A stretch of 63,955 nucleotides of DNA, filler included, from Intoshia linei (lineage: Eukaryota > Animalia > Orthonectida): assembly GCA_001642005.1 (NCBI GenBank). It is 12 parts of 12 records of this genome, joined end to end, with 100 filler letters (N's around TTAATTAATTAA, not from the genome) between each part and the next. Parts side by side here need not be neighbours in the genome. Positions count along the whole stretch, not along the records: positions 19,586 to 34,977 come from LWCA01000916.1; positions 35,078 to 42,434 come from LWCA01001564.1; positions 42,535 to 46,260 come from LWCA01002046.1; 9 more parts are not named here. One strand, given 5' to 3'. The position numbers and the translations under genes were made by a program. Below, one piece after another: positions 29,910 through 44,422 of the stretch. The stretch's first letter is position 1. Each line of letters begins with the position of its first letter. Below the pieces are notes generated by a model. The model did no database searches and was not told the DNA's origin. It saw only the letters and a program-made list of their open reading frames with translations.

Positions 29910-30399
29910 TTTTGTATCAATAAATCTATTGACTTGATTTAATCATACATTGATTTATAATTAAACTATTGATGTCATTATATGTTCAAATTGGTTTTCT
30001 TTTTTATAAATGTTTTATATTTCATGCTTCAAGGGGGTCCAAAAAATAATTATTTAGAAATGGGGGACGTATACTATTTGAATCAGAAACCACTGCTCTA
30101 CAATATGACAATGGGCGTCCCAGAATTTATGTTTCTCAAAATTCTAAAACTTAATTTTTAATAAAAGGGAAATTTGGTGTTTTCCACCCTAAAGATCTAA
30201 TTTCTGATAATGAAATTAGCAATACTGCATCACTCTCAAAAAATTGAATTAGAATTTTAATTAAATTTTAGGGCTCTAAATTATATTTTAATTTAATTTT
30301 AAGTAAAGGATGAAATAAAACAGAAATTAACAATTTTAATAAACAATTTACAATATAAATAGTTATTCCCTTATCTAAAAATATTTAATCAATATGTAG

Positions 30400-33232
30400 T
30401 TACATATCACTATCGCTTTTTAATACCAAACGAATCATTCATTAGTACCTGACAAAAATTCATTCAAATTCAAAAATTAATTGGAAAAAACAGGATACTC
30501 GTAGCTACATAATTTAGTTTATTGCAGACCAACACAATTGACTTAAATCTTAAGTTAAAATGACTTGTGATTCACGTGTGACGATCTTGATTAAAATAAA
30601 AAGTCAATTCGTATTTAATTTAGTAAATCGTTATATTTCATAACAGAACAGAATACAAAACAGGTAATTCACCAATATGAAATTAAATTAAAATTCTAAT
30701 TCATTTAAAAAAAAAGTTTGGGGTTTGGCCGTGAACGAGCCAAATTTTGAATTTGATATTTCTAGGACCCTCAGTTTTCTCAGTAAATGGTTACACACAG
30801 ACTGATGCAACTTTAGCACATTTGACTCTATATTAGTAAATACACGTATAAAGATTACCTGTGTTGAAATAGATTGCAAACCATTCAAAATTATTTCAAT
30901 ATTCACATTAAACAAATACGAAACAATCATAATCAGGCGTTCATCTTGTAAATTCATAATTTTGATACATTTTTTTAGTATTGAAAGACAATTGATATTG
31001 CTAAACATGCCCTCAACATTTTTATCAGTTAAGTTTATAGGCTGTGCACATTTCCAGAATTTTTTTGGAAATCTTTTTTCCATATTTATAAATTTAGTTC
31101 GAGTCATAATAATACGGTGAAATTGTTGTATCGCTCCTATTTAAATTAAATTAATTTTTTTATAAAATTCTAAGAAATTTTATTTTTAAATAAAAACTAA
31201 TATGGGATTTTGACTATGAAAAAGCACTCTTTGAAATTTGCGATTTATGATAATGCTTATGATTGAGAGCTATTTTAAAAGCTATTAAAATTAAGTTTTA
31301 TAAAATTTTAAGACTTATTTCATTTTTAAAACAAATATTAATTGTGGTTTTGGCCATGAATATGTGTAAGTGTCTGTAGCTGAGATTTACGACAATGTTA
31401 ATGATTTTAAAACACATATTTTTAAAAAAGGGGGAATTGGGTTTTTAACCCTGAAGGATCCAATTTCTGAAAATGTCACACTCGAAAAACTGTACTAGAA
31501 ATTTGTGTTTTTGAAATTTTGGACTGTTCATTTTTTAAATAAACGGAAACAGACATTCAAATGTATAATTAAAGTAAAGGATAAAATTTACCCAAAAAAT
31601 TAATTTAAATTTCATAATAGAATCATTTTTAGGCAAAAAATACAAACACAAAACGCATTTTTACTTTGAAACACATGTAATAATAGATTAAAACAAAATA
31701 AAACGAAAATAACCTCTTTGTAAAACTTTAATCCCGATAGATTCCTTTTTAACCGAATCACTCATCGGATAAAAGTCACACCTGTAAAAATACAAATATA
31801 TTAATTAATTTAAAAAAATTACTTTAACATGTCAAAAACAAAACGATGATGAAATTGATTGAAACTAAAATTATTAATCCATGACAGAAACTGACATTCA
31901 AATATACCAATATATCTAAAAATTATATAATTTAAAAAGAAAAGATATTACAGATAAACCTCGTTTATTATCATAATGACCATTAAATTACCTTAAAATA
32001 AAGACGGTACAAAGAACAGACAATATGCATTCATATTCAGAATTAAATTGAAACTGACAAACAAAATTACAATTAAATAGTGCAACAGATTTTTCAATGT
32101 CTAGAATAAGTGCATAAAATATTATAATATTAAAATGAAAATTTAAAAAAAATATACCAAATGGAAAATTAAGAATTTGTAATACTTTTTTCATATAAGA
32201 AATTGAAAATTTTTTTAATTTTTCATGATAATTTTTAAAATTAAATTTTTGGTACAAATGATAAATTTTATGTTGAATGGAATAGATATTAACCTTGGGC
32301 TAAAATGAAAATATAGAAATGTAATACATGTGCGAAAAACGTACCCCATGAAGAGATAAAACAATTCCAGAATGTTTAAAATTAATTAAACAGAAATTGC
32401 TAAATTCCAGAAAAACATTGTAATATGGAATTACTTTTAAATCAATATATTTAAAAATTTCTGAAATAGACAGGCTGGCACCATGAATAAATAAAGACAC
32501 GTATATAATTTGAATTATAAAAAAAGGCGTCAGTGCATTTTGATTATTATAATCAGTATTCGTATACTGTAATTTCTTTCGTTTTCTACTGGATTTTTCA
32601 CATATATTAACACTTTTTAAATATTTAAATTCATTAATTTCATTGGATTTATTGAACAACGGGAGTGAAAAATATGGAATTAAAAGTGACATTTCATTCG
32701 GTAATTTTATTTTTTCTTCAGAATCCATGCATGCAGATTTCCAAACTGATTTTACTGTATTCTATTTGATGAAGAATAAATTAAATTTATAAATCAAATT
32801 CAATTTTACCGGAAAATCTGGAATGTTAAAAACACAGGTAATGGATTCGGTCATTCGATGCTATATTGTACAATTTTAATAATGATGTAATTAGATTATT
32901 ATAATTTAAAAAAATTCATAAAAATCAAATTACCCGAATTACAAACAACAAAAGTACCATTTACACAACAAGAAAAAGTACAATGTGTAAATAATTAATA
33001 TTACCAAATAATAGGTTAAAGCTGTCTTGATATCCATATTATGCATACAATTCGTTTCGATCGATGAGTTTTGATTATCAGAGCGTGGTTTTAAGAAATT
33101 TTGGTTTATTGGTATTTTTAAATCAGATTCCATTTTGACAAAATTTGGACAAATAACAAAACATTTTTGACAATAGCGTAACTCATTAATAATATCGAAG
33201 GATTCATGTTGACAGTAATGGCACTTGTCCAT
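30400..33232 (-). CDS. TAF1B: TAF1B/Rrn7-like RNA polymerase I initiation factor (multi-exon)
   Basis: N-terminal zinc ribbon CHYCQHESFDIINELRYCQKC, and the cyclin-fold segment LTPFFIIQIIYVSLFIHGASLSISEIFKYIDLKVIPYYNVF typical of TAF1B. About nine GT-AG-bounded exons, ending VLMNDSFGIKSDSDM* (TAA 30402-30400). Confidence 0.72.
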
Positions 33233-33593
33233 TGCAGTATTAAGATTAACGTTCCAAGTTAAAGGTGACTATATAAACATAATGGAAAAAGTGTAAAAGA
33301 GGAATAGTGTAGTCCACCGTAATATAGTTTATATACATTTAAATTGAAATTCACTTTATGTAACAAATCACCTACACGTTAAGCAATTTGAATATAACTA
33401 TACTTTAATCATTACAGTACGATTACAAATTGTAATGATATAATTAAAGCACGTGATTATTTCATAAATGCAAAAAAATATTGCACCTTTCAATATTGAT
33501 TTTGAAATGTAAGTTTTTAAGGTTTACATTATTTTGTAGCTTAATAAATTAGAATTATTTTCCGTCTCGATTCAAATTGACATCAAATTTTAT

Positions 33594-33827
33594 ATGAATT
33601 GTGAAAATTGTGGATCTGGAAATTTTGATTTGGTAGACGGAATGCAATATTGTTCGGAATGTTTTCAACAGTCTCAAAATTTTAAATCTACCATTATTGA
33701 TACACAGTGTGATGAAACTACTTTTAATGTAACTACAGATCAGTCCATTTTAATCAGAAGAATTAAAGAAAAAAAGAAATTTATTTACAATGATCTATCA
33801 ATGATTCAAATTTTTACTTATTATTTG
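33594..33827 (+). CDS. First exon of a second TAF1B/Rrn7-like gene (truncated, or continuing beyond the gap)
   Basis: MNCENCGSGNFDLVDGMQYCSECFQQSQNF is a zf-RRN7-like ribbon. The exon ends TYYL|gt exactly like the minus-strand paralogue. It is followed by a MITE end and a foldback; no further exon was recognised before the gap at 34978. Confidence 0.65.
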
Positions 33828-33948
33828 GTATATATTTTTTACAATTTAATTTTAAATGTTGACGACGTTTGTATATTATAGACAGGGATTAGAATTAATT
33901 GGTTACAAATTTTTTATACAAATTTATTGAAATTATACTTGAAACTTT

Positions 33949-34101
33949 ATAAATCAATGTACATAAATTTTATAAGATAACCAAATCCAACAAATTAGTG
34001 CAGGGTTTGAAAAATGGTTCTATTTTACTATTTTTGTTTTTTTAATCCTGCTCTAATTTGTTGAATTTGGTTATCTTATACAATTTATGTACATTCATTT
34101 A
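33949..34101. repeat. Foldback inverted repeat (~65-bp arms)
   Basis: ATAAATCAATGTACATAAATTTTATAAGATAACCAAATCCAACAAATTAGTGCAGG is nearly the reverse complement of CCTGCTCTAATTTGTTGAATTTGGTTATCTTATACAATTTATGTACATTCATTTAT. Confidence 0.85.
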
Positions 34102-37100
34102 TGAAGATAAGAATAAAATAATAAACATAATTTCACATAATTTTGGGCAATATATAAATTTATAATATGTTTAATTGTAAATTATTTTTTAAAATATTAA
34201 ACTTATCACAAATTTTAGTATTTAAGATTTAAATTATTGGTTCTTTTCATAGTCTGAAAAATAATAAATTAGCATTTTAACAACACGCTCACCTGGGAAA
34301 AATAAGACTTTTCACATAGTTTTGAAGTTGAGTTTACTTAGTATAATAATGATGGTGAAATTTTTTACCTAATAAACTAGATAATCCATCTGATGTCGTT
34401 TGACCTGTGTTATTATTAGGGATTACAAATAATTGAAAAATGATGAGATAATTTTCAATTAATTAAATTTTTTTTTATGTAGTTTAAAAATTAAATTAAT
34501 AATTATAAACTAATTTATAATAATACAATATTAAGGTGTCAAATTGACACTGTCAACACTCGTTGTAGCGTATCNAAAAATTAAATTAATAATTATAAAC
34601 TAATTTATAATAATACAATATTAAGGTGTCAAATTGACACTGTCAACACTCGTTGTAGCGTATCACAGTCCCACCATGCTTTATTTATTTCCAGAAACAA
34701 TTTTATTTCCAAATTCAAAGAAAAAAATAAAATCAATATTATGAAAATATTTTCTAGATAGTCTACCCTCTACTAAATAAAAATTTGGGACTCGAATAAT
34801 TGAATGTTCATGATTGTAGAAATGGTGAACAATAAATTTAGATATAATAACCGTAAAATTAAAGTTGATATTATAAAAATTGAGAAAAAAATATATGTAT
34901 AACTTATTTATTAATTTTACATATTACAAAGATAAATACATAATAAACATTATTATAATAATTATATCAATTATTTTNNNNNNNNNNNNNNNNNNNNNNN
35001 NNNNNNNNNNNNNNNNNNNNNTTAATTAATTAANNNNNNNNNNNNNNNNNNNNNNNNNNNNNNNNNNNNNNNNNNNNACTAAAATGTTTTTTTGACCGTG
35101 AAGTCGTCACTTATTCGGATTGAAATTTTTTTGTGTGTTAACAGGATAACACTGTACAACCTATAAATTTTTTGAAATTATAGGGCTGTTTTAAAAAAAA
35201 AGAAAAGTAATTTGTGGTTTTGGCCCTGAAAATATAATTTTTTTAAATTTAAATTTATGATAATGTTGATGATTTTAAAATCCCCATCAGCATATATATT
35301 TGTTTAAATTTTCCAACTCATTTAATTTTCGAAAAGAGGGACAACAGGGGTTTTTGACCAATAAGATGTGAAATTGAGAGGTTGAAATTTATGTTATTAT
35401 ACGCCCGGAAAAAACTGTAATTGAAATGTGTCTTTAAAAAATTTTAAGAGTGGTAGTTATTTCATTAAAGTCACACACACAGACAGACACACAAAAAAAA
35501 ATCGCGTAGCCTTTTATATAAGCTAAGATTGTATTATAATTATTACACCACATGTCATTTTTACACTTTAATTTTAGATTGTTCACTTAAATAATTATCT
35601 ATAGCACAGGCTTTTGCAATTTATTGATATTACGACGTACATACATTGTATTAGTACAATGGGTCCTCAAAGAGTTAATAAATAGTATCAATACATGTAT
35701 AATATACATATATACATTGTATATATAATGTAATATTTAATATAATATATTAATAACACACTTATTATGTTAATATGCTTTGAATATAATAATAGACTCG
35801 TCAACAAGGAAAACTGCAAATAATAATTTTTTGGGTATTTGTACTTTTAATTGATTTTTGTTCAAATGAAAGTTCAGAGTGCTAAAAGTGATTAAGTTGC
35901 TAGTGAGTGCAAGTCAAGTGAGACCAACGTTTAACTAAAGTTGGAGACAAGCCTATGAATTTTATTAGAATATTATTAATAGTTAATACAAATATATAGT
36001 GTATCCTTATTTTATAAACGAAATTACCAACTATTTGTCATAAATATGTATAACATTGATGCACGTATAATAAATTTTAAATTGCATATATTAAATGTGT
36101 TCTCAATTAAACAAACATACGCAGCTTTGGGGGAAAATGAAATAATCTATTGCCAATATGAAATAGTGTCTTGAGTTTTCCAACTTTCAAAAAATTGCAT
36201 ATTTTTTGCATTTTAAATTATTTTTTAATACAGCATGCATTATTTTTCAATAATGAATATTACCTTTTAAAAAATAAGTTTTAACTGTAAACATGTAATA
36301 CAGTGAAATTTTTGATATTCGTCAAAATGGGAAATTCTAAAATATTTCCGAATAACGGTATATATAGCAAATAGTAGAACCGGTAGAATTTATTTTATTT
36401 TCTAGTTTATTGGAAAATTGGTGAAAAATCATAGAATGTTTCGCTATATAACTACTTGAGATCAGGGATTGGAATTAATTGATTGCAACTAATTAAATTG
36501 CAATTAATTGGTAAATATTATTGAAAAATGAAAAAATATTTTTTAATTAATTGAAGATTGATGACAATACTAATAATAATTATTAATTTTAATATATTAT
36601 ATATTTTTATTTTTAAAAATATTTTTAAAAAACTGTCATGTAATTATAATGAATATACTAGGATGCTGTTTGTCCGAAGTACATAACAGTCAAGCTAGTA
36701 GGTTAAATAAATCATTTTTTTGGTGACAAACGCGTTTCTATTTTTGTAAAATTGCATAGAATAATGAAAAGTTTTTAATATTTTCTTATACAATTTCAAA
36801 CTATTTTACATATTATAAATGTAGTTGCATTGAATTTTATTTGCAAAATAGTGTTTAGAAAATATTTTATTTCATTTCCTCCTTCGAATTTGGAAATAAA
36901 ATGGTTTCTGAAAATAAATAAAACATGGTGTAACTGTGATATAGTTTATAATGAATAAATTTAATTTTTTCATCCAAACCATTCGTCAATACAAAGATTT
37001 AATTTATATTTTTTCAGTTATATGAAAAAAACCAATTTATTAAAAATTATTTTTGTATTTTTGTACCAAGATATAAAAAAAGTTAAGTGATTTATTATCA

Positions 37101-40100
37101 AATTTTTTTTGTGAATATAGGAGGTTAAACTCATTTGATTCAACTACTGATGAAAAGTTTCCCATTGCGGTATATATTTTTCTGCAACTTATTGTGTCTT
37201 GTAACGGTTAATCCTTTCTCAACAGTCTAATAAAAAGTATTTTACCAGCTATGAAACAAACATTATCATTAAATCTAGAAATTAACATTTAATTTATTTA
37301 TTATTATTTTTACGGTATGTAAGATATTATGTATCGTGTTGTATAAAATATTTTACTTGCTAAAAAAATAATAATTACATCAACGCCATACATATAATAT
37401 GTAATAGGTACTATGTGATGAGAAATAACATTATAATATTGATTCTAGATTCTAATGTTTCATTAAAAAAATAATTAAATATCATTTCATTTATTAAAAA
37501 CCAATATAATTGGAATTGATAAATTGATCGCAATCCATTATTTCCAATGTCACACTTATATAATTATATATTTTTTTATAATAAATTTTTAAATTTACAT
37601 GCTATATTGATTTATTATAATTAAATATTTTCATATAATTTAAATTATTATTTTACCAACTATACAATTTAAATTTTAAATTAATTAAATTATTTTATTT
37701 AATAGCCCTGAACCACTTTATCGGCCTCTATTTTATTATTCAATAACAATATTATGTAATATACATATACATTATATATATTATGCATATATGTATGTAT
37801 ATTTTTAAGTAATGAAAGTCTTTTGGTTGTATTTCATTCTGGTTTCTCAAATTTTATTAAACGTTATTACACCTTAATTCGAATTTCTATTAAATAATGG
37901 TTAAGCTTGGAATTAACATTTTAAAATTTAAAGTACATTAGAGTGTCTTTGTCATCTATATTCATTGATAGCCACTTTAGGACTCAAGTTGTGAATTTTT
38001 GATCAACAACACTTTGTACCAAAAATAAAATTTATTAATTTCATTTAGACGCAATTTGAATTGACTGTAGAAAACTTTTAATTTTCTGTAATGTTTTTAT
38101 TTCCTTATATGATGATATAAAACGTATATTATAAATGATGCATAATGATTTACCATTATGTATAATGAAATAAAAGCGTGTTATCACAAATTTCTCCTTA
38201 TTGGTACTATGTATTACGACTACGAAGTGTATCCATGGTATTATTATCGATATTAGAAAGTATGCAAATCGGGCGTTATTTTTGTATATGGTAAAAATGC
38301 CTTACGTTTCTTTATTAGTGGTTAAAATACTTCTTTAGCTCAGGTTAAATTTCTTGTGAGACTCTTCCAATAAAGTGATTTTTATATAAAATTAAAACTA
38401 ATTGGAACTAGAGGTATATATAGTTTGATTCAGTGAAACACCATAAACTACACAATATAAGTAATATATTTATCACACTGATTTTTGTAAAAAATATAGA
38501 CTTTACGAGTAAGATGTATTTGAAATTACCAACTAATAAATATTTAACAATATAAAACCACAATTTAATAAGCAAAAATGTAATAGTGATATTGATATAA
38601 ATCTACCTACAATGTAGATTTTACATAAGTACATATAAATGATATTATTACTCACTAGAGTTAAATTCATTAAACTACAATTTATTAACAAGATTTAAAT
38701 AAAAATTTTTAGTTTTAGCTCAAATGACACTGGTAATAAACAAAAAATAAATATAAAAACATAAGGTAAAATAGATTACAGCAATATGCTTACTTTCATT
38801 GTCATTATATTCGTTAATAATTATTAATTATTATAATGTAAAATTTTTTTCAATTGACTCAGTGTTACATCCCTGTTTCGGACCCCTGATACACCAAAAT
38901 GTATCATATAAGTGGATGTATAATATTCATTGTACTTAATTTTTATGTATCAAGTTAATATATTAATAATACATTTGTGTTGGTGTTAATACAATTAACA
39001 TTGATCCATTTAATACAAGGTCGGAAACCTTTTGCATTTCGTGGCTCACTTATATATATAAAAAAAAGTCTACGAGCCGCGTTTTGGAAAATGTACGCAT
39101 TATACATTTCAATTATAACTGAAGATAAACGGTTATAGCATATTGAACAAAATAAAATACAGGGCGATCTGAAAATTCATTATTAAATCATTATAATGAG
39201 TCAATTAAAGTAGAGAATGTTTAAATCGGTGTTTAAAAGTTAAAAAATTTAAAAATAAATAATTTAAATGTTTATTCAAAGGGCCACCAAAATTATTCTG
39301 TGGGCCATGTGGTTGCCGACCCCTGATTTAAAATAATAAACTGTATAACTAACTTTACATTACATTTTTATTAAAAACTATAATCAAAATACAAAATGTA
39401 TATGTCAATTTGGTTAAAAATAAATATTATATATACAAATTAAATTATATATACAATGTATATGTAAAATTTTACGGATTAAACAGCACAAATATAATTT
39501 TTAATTAAAATCGGTATTTGTGTTTGAAATTTAATGAAGAAATTAAAATTTAATTATCGCTCAAAATAATCAAATTTTAATCAATATAATGTTCATTTTT
39601 TGATCCAAACTAATGATTTTAGATCTTTTACGTTTGATAGAATTAATAATAGCTTCAAGTTCGTTCGCGTTCATTATTTGATTATAAAAATGTGCATAAA
39701 AAAAAAGATAAATTCAATCCAATTAGTATATCAATAACAATATTTTTTAATATACTTTTTGAAACATTATATTTTACATTCAATTATTCATACAAATATG
39801 TTAATAAAATATTGAAACGTCCAATAATCATCAAAATTTATTTGTGTTGGGTATAATTAGTCATAACAAGATACTTAATTGATAGATAACAAAATAGTAA
39901 ATTAAAAAATCCTACACTATTAGGTACTCTAATAGGTGACGTGCACTGTTAAATACATAATTATGGATTTCTCCTCAAATTTATATATAAATTCAAAAAT
40001 TTTTACATACTAAATAATGTTTAATTGTACATCATACAAAATCAATATAAATTATTTGAAATTACTATATTATATATATTAATACATTATTATTATTATT

Positions 40101-41129
40101 AAATCATTATTATATATTTTTGAATTTACAAGCTAATTTTCAAAAATAATTAGATTTTAAAATTAATATTCAATTGTCGCTATCATAAGTTTGACAATAT
40201 GTGGTTACTTTAGAAGAGTTACTACTCTCGCACTCAGACAATATTTAAATATAAAATTATACAACTATTGTATAATTGTTGTATACATGTTTTAATTATA
40301 TTTTTATATAATTTCACTCAACCTCATGTCTAATACAACTGGAAGCGAAGAACGTAGAACTAGATAACGAGTTAATAAAGCTAAGAAGGAATTAATTGTA
40401 TAAATTAATAAATAATTTATAAAATTTGTAATTTTTGTAAATGATTAAACCAATCATCATCATCGAGCTTTAAAAGAAATAATTAATTTCAACATACACT
40501 AATTTTAAAGACAACATGATATTGTGACATAGCTTACTTATTCGTCAATATTATTTTTTTGAAAATTGACATGCCATATAAGCATGTCAATATGTTGTCA
40601 TCGTAAAAAAATATTTTTGAAATAACTAAAATTAAAAAAGTTATAAAATAAAATAGTTAAAATCACTATTGTATAATTATTTCAACTCGTCAATAAAAAT
40701 TAAATAAGTGTTAATATTTATTGCATAAGTAAAAAAATATTTTGATATATGTCAATAGTGATTGAATAACAGTCAATCGAGATTGTAAAACCCTATAATA
40801 TGTCAAAAAACTCACACAATTTTTAAGTTAAATTTATTTTTTATGATGCCGTATTTCCACAGTGACCTGAAAGAATGTATAAGAAAAGTTATATGTAAGT
40901 AAAAGGTTTGTTTAAGTAATTAGCGTCAATTTGAAGTTTGCATTCCAAATTACATATGCAGTTTATGAGTGCGAGAGTGTTAACACAATTATTTTATTTT
41001 TCTTTGAAAATTTAGATTATCTTGTTCATATTTTATATAGCAAATCTATGATATCCAATTTGGATTATCGATTTGAAAATGACGAGATAAAGAAAGAAAA
41101 TTACAGTAGAATCTTATTCATTATAAAAT

Positions 41130-42434
41130 ATGTATAATTAATAATTATACAACATACAACAAGCATGCATATAACGCTAATAATAATATCAACACAATTA
41201 GGTTTAATTAACATTGTTGATAGTAGTGTAGAACGAGTTTATACATGAAAGTTGTATTTTAATTTAAGTGATTTAACACGATAATGAATGTAAATAAACT
41301 TAATGTTGTGGTTACATTACCCCTTCCCCGTTAGGTTTAGGTGTTGTAGTCTTTGAGATATTTGGGTGTCTTGCGTGCTCAATAAGATTGGTTGATTACT
41401 TATAATTTTAGAAGTTGTAAGATGTTTTTTTTTGATATCGATTTATCGTAGTTTTTTTTGTTCTTATATTATATTTTAATTTTTTTTCGCTTGTTTAATA
41501 ATATCGTAAAAATTTAATTTATTATAGTTTTTGAAAGGTATGTTCATAGGTCTGCCATAAACCATTTCGTATGGTGATTTCCCATGTTTAGACGTAAGTG
41601 TTTTCCGCATTGTCATTAAAATTTAAGGTAATTGTTCATGTCAGTCATCAAAATTATGGTTTGCAGTAACTCTTAATTTGTCTTTTAAAGTCCTGTTCAT
41701 TCTTTCAACTAGACCAGTGCTTTGATGGTTATAGGGGGAACAATTAGTTTTATTAATGTTACACATAGTGCATATATGTTTTACAATTTCTGATTCAAAG
41801 TTGGTACTGTTATCTGTGTGAATTTTTTTCGGGATACCATGCAATGTTATTATATATTCCACAATAGCTTTAGCGACCGTAATAGCATCGATATTCGATA
41901 TTGCGATTGCATAAGGAAAACTTGTATAGTGGTCCATCATGGATAGAATATATTCATGATCTTCAGTCGTTTCTGGAAGTGGACCTAAGATGTCCAGCTC
42001 CCATAAATCATTAATAGAATTAGTTGAGATAAGTTTTAGGGGTATGTTGTGTGCATCGATGGCATTGAGATACAAAATCATGTACGTTTTTAAAAATATT
42101 TGGCCAGTATAAATGATTTGAAATCGTGTTTAATGTACCTTTTATTCCGGGATGAGTGCTAAGATTTGAGCTTTGGAACCATTTTATTATTTCTGATTTT
42201 TTTGATTCTGGAACAAGTAATCTTTTCCCTTTTTTGTTAGTGTAAACGATTGCATTGTTGATAATATTACATTTGTTGATAATATTTTTGTAGATATAAC
42301 TTTCAGGTAATTTTGTAGAGTTAGATATAGCCTCGAAAAGCTCTTTGCATTGCTTGTTATTTTTCTGCTCGTATATTATATCACTATTATTGTAATTGTG
42401 TATGTGTGTTGAGAAGATTTGTTCATATTCATCA
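41130..42434 (-). mobile_element. Ty3/Gypsy LTR retrotransposon 3' part (integrase, PPT, start of 3' LTR)
   Basis: HPGIKGTL..LYW, LWELDILGPLP..MDHYTSFPYA..GIPKKIHTDNSTNFES..PYNHQSTGLVERMNRTLK. A polypurine tract GGGGAAGGGG-TAA precedes TGTAAC at 41316. The LTR end is not defined. Confidence 0.9.
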
Positions 42435-42700
42435 NNNNNNNNNNNNNNNNNNNNNNNNNNNNNNNNNNNNNNNNNNNNTTAATTAATTAANNNNNNNNNN
42501 NNNNNNNNNNNNNNNNNNNNNNNNNNNNNNNNNNATTATATCTATGCAAACAATAAAAGAAAATTTGATCAAATTTGAACAAAAATTATCCTATTATTGA
42601 TAAATAATAAAAATAATTTTTTTGTTCAACTGTTGATAAAAATAACTAAAAAATTTAATTTTTATATCATTGCATTTAGTTTAATCTAATTAAAAATATA

Positions 42701-42912
42701 CAGTCAGACTTGTTAATAGTGAACCCTTTAGATAGTGAACTAATAGTGAACTTAACTGATATTACTATAATAACTTGGCTTATATAGAAAATAAACTTAG
42801 ATTCATGATAAATAATGTTTCATTTCACTGTCATTTTCATTATTCATTATTTTTTTATAGTGAATATTAAAATAATTCGGAACCAAATGTTCACTATCCA
42901 CAAGTTTGACTG
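42701..42912. mobile_element. Tc1/pogo-type MITE
   Basis: TIRs CAGTCAGACTTGTTAATAGTGAAC / GTTCACTATCCACAAGTTTGACTG with TA TSDs; a partial copy lies at 48535-48717. Confidence 0.85.
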
Positions 42913-42930
42913 TACAATTATTTTATTTAA

Positions 42931-44055
42931 TCCTTTACTACTCGCAAAGGAAATTTTTATCCGTTTTTTATGAATGAAAATAAATTAACATATTTTGACA
43001 TGAACTATAGTAAATAATTAAAATGTCACATTATTTTTAAGATTTAAATTGAGATTAAATATAATACATCAGTCATGTAACATGACAAGTATATGTATAA
43101 TATTACTGTAAGTTACAAATAAACATACTAACGCTAAATTTTTTTTTGATTTGATTATTATTTAGTGAATACTAAAAATTTACAATTCTATTCTTGTTGG
43201 CTGATTTATATGATTATGAAAGAAGACATTGAAGAAGATTTTTATACTTCTAGTGGATCAGAATGCGATAGTGAATATTTGATTGAAAGTTTAACAGAAT
43301 CTGAAAGTAGTGCACCTGAACCTGATATATCCATAACTGGCAAAGATAGTGTGAGTATTTAGAATACGAATAAAATTTACCCAAATAGATTTTTTACAGC
43401 TCCAAAAAATAAAATTTTTGACAGATTAAATATTTCAATTGAAAAATCTTTTAGACCACTAAATAAAACTTAGAAAAAAGTCAAGAGAATTAGCGCCTCA
43501 ATTTGTGTCTACAAAAAATCGGTCTGTTTTTTTTACCATTTCCGGTCATCTAGGAATAATTACACTAGTTTCTTTTTGTCCCAAACCTAGAAAATTTGTT
43601 AATTTGATCTCAACAAAACATGATAGCATTAATTTCAACGAAGAGGATGCAAAGAAAAAACCTAACCTTATATTATTTTATAATAAAAACAAAGATGTTG
43701 ACGTTCTTGATTTATGTAACGAATACAATACAAAAAAGATGGCCTCATTGTTTGTTTCAGGGAATATTTTTGCTGTAAACAGTTACATTATTTATAAATC
43801 GGGAAATGTATATATGCCGAGGAGATTATACTAGAGACAACTTGGAAAATATTGTATGTTCAAATTGCTGTAAAAACAAAGATTTATAAAACTAAATATA
43901 TCAATCAGCGTCATATTTATTATTATCATTGTAATTAAATATTTTATGATATTTAAATTTATTTATTATATCGTGTCACTTTTTCATTCATTAAAACGGA
44001 AATTTTTGTCCTCTTGCGACTGTTTACGTTTTGAAAAAGCGCGAGTAGTAAAGGG
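42931..44055 (+). mobile_element. piggyBac element, internally deleted
   Basis: TTAA on both sides; 15-bp TIRs TCCTTTACTACTCGC / GCGAGTAGTAAAGGG plus subterminal inverted repeats. Remnants include an acidic N-terminus and FCPKPRKFVNLISTKH..KKPNLILFYNKNK-DVDVLD. Confidence 0.92.
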
Positions 44056-44303
44056 TTAAAAGAGATAAAGATAGGAAAATTTTATCTAATGCACAAAAAT
44101 AGACGGTTCATTATCTAAATGGAATTTGACATGTTGAAAAATTTACAATGTAAACAATCATTGTAATTAAAATTTAATTTAATATATTTTATTAACGATT
44201 TAATTTCTCGAATTGTGGCAATTTACATTATGTAAAATTTAAATTTTAAATTGTATTTAATGCATAATATGCATTTCATATAATTTAGCAAAAATTCAAA
44301 AAA

Positions 44304-44422
44304 TTATGCTAGAAACAATAGTTTGTTATAAGGAACTTTTGTTCTTTCATTTTATCTCGAAAGTTCTCCAAAAACATGAAATATGATGTTGGTGGCCGTT
44401 TTGGTCTGGTTAAATTATTCAT
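44304..44422 (-). pseudogene. HMG-box exon fragment
   Basis: After an AG acceptor: MNNLTRPKRPPTSYFMFLENFRDKMKEQK, the PKRPP(T/S)xYF start of an HMG box. The frame then breaks and no neighbouring exons were found. Confidence 0.55.

Noticed and set aside
34485-34665. Exact ~90-nt tandem duplication
   Set aside because: The copies are separated by a single n, typical of unmerged overlapping contig ends.
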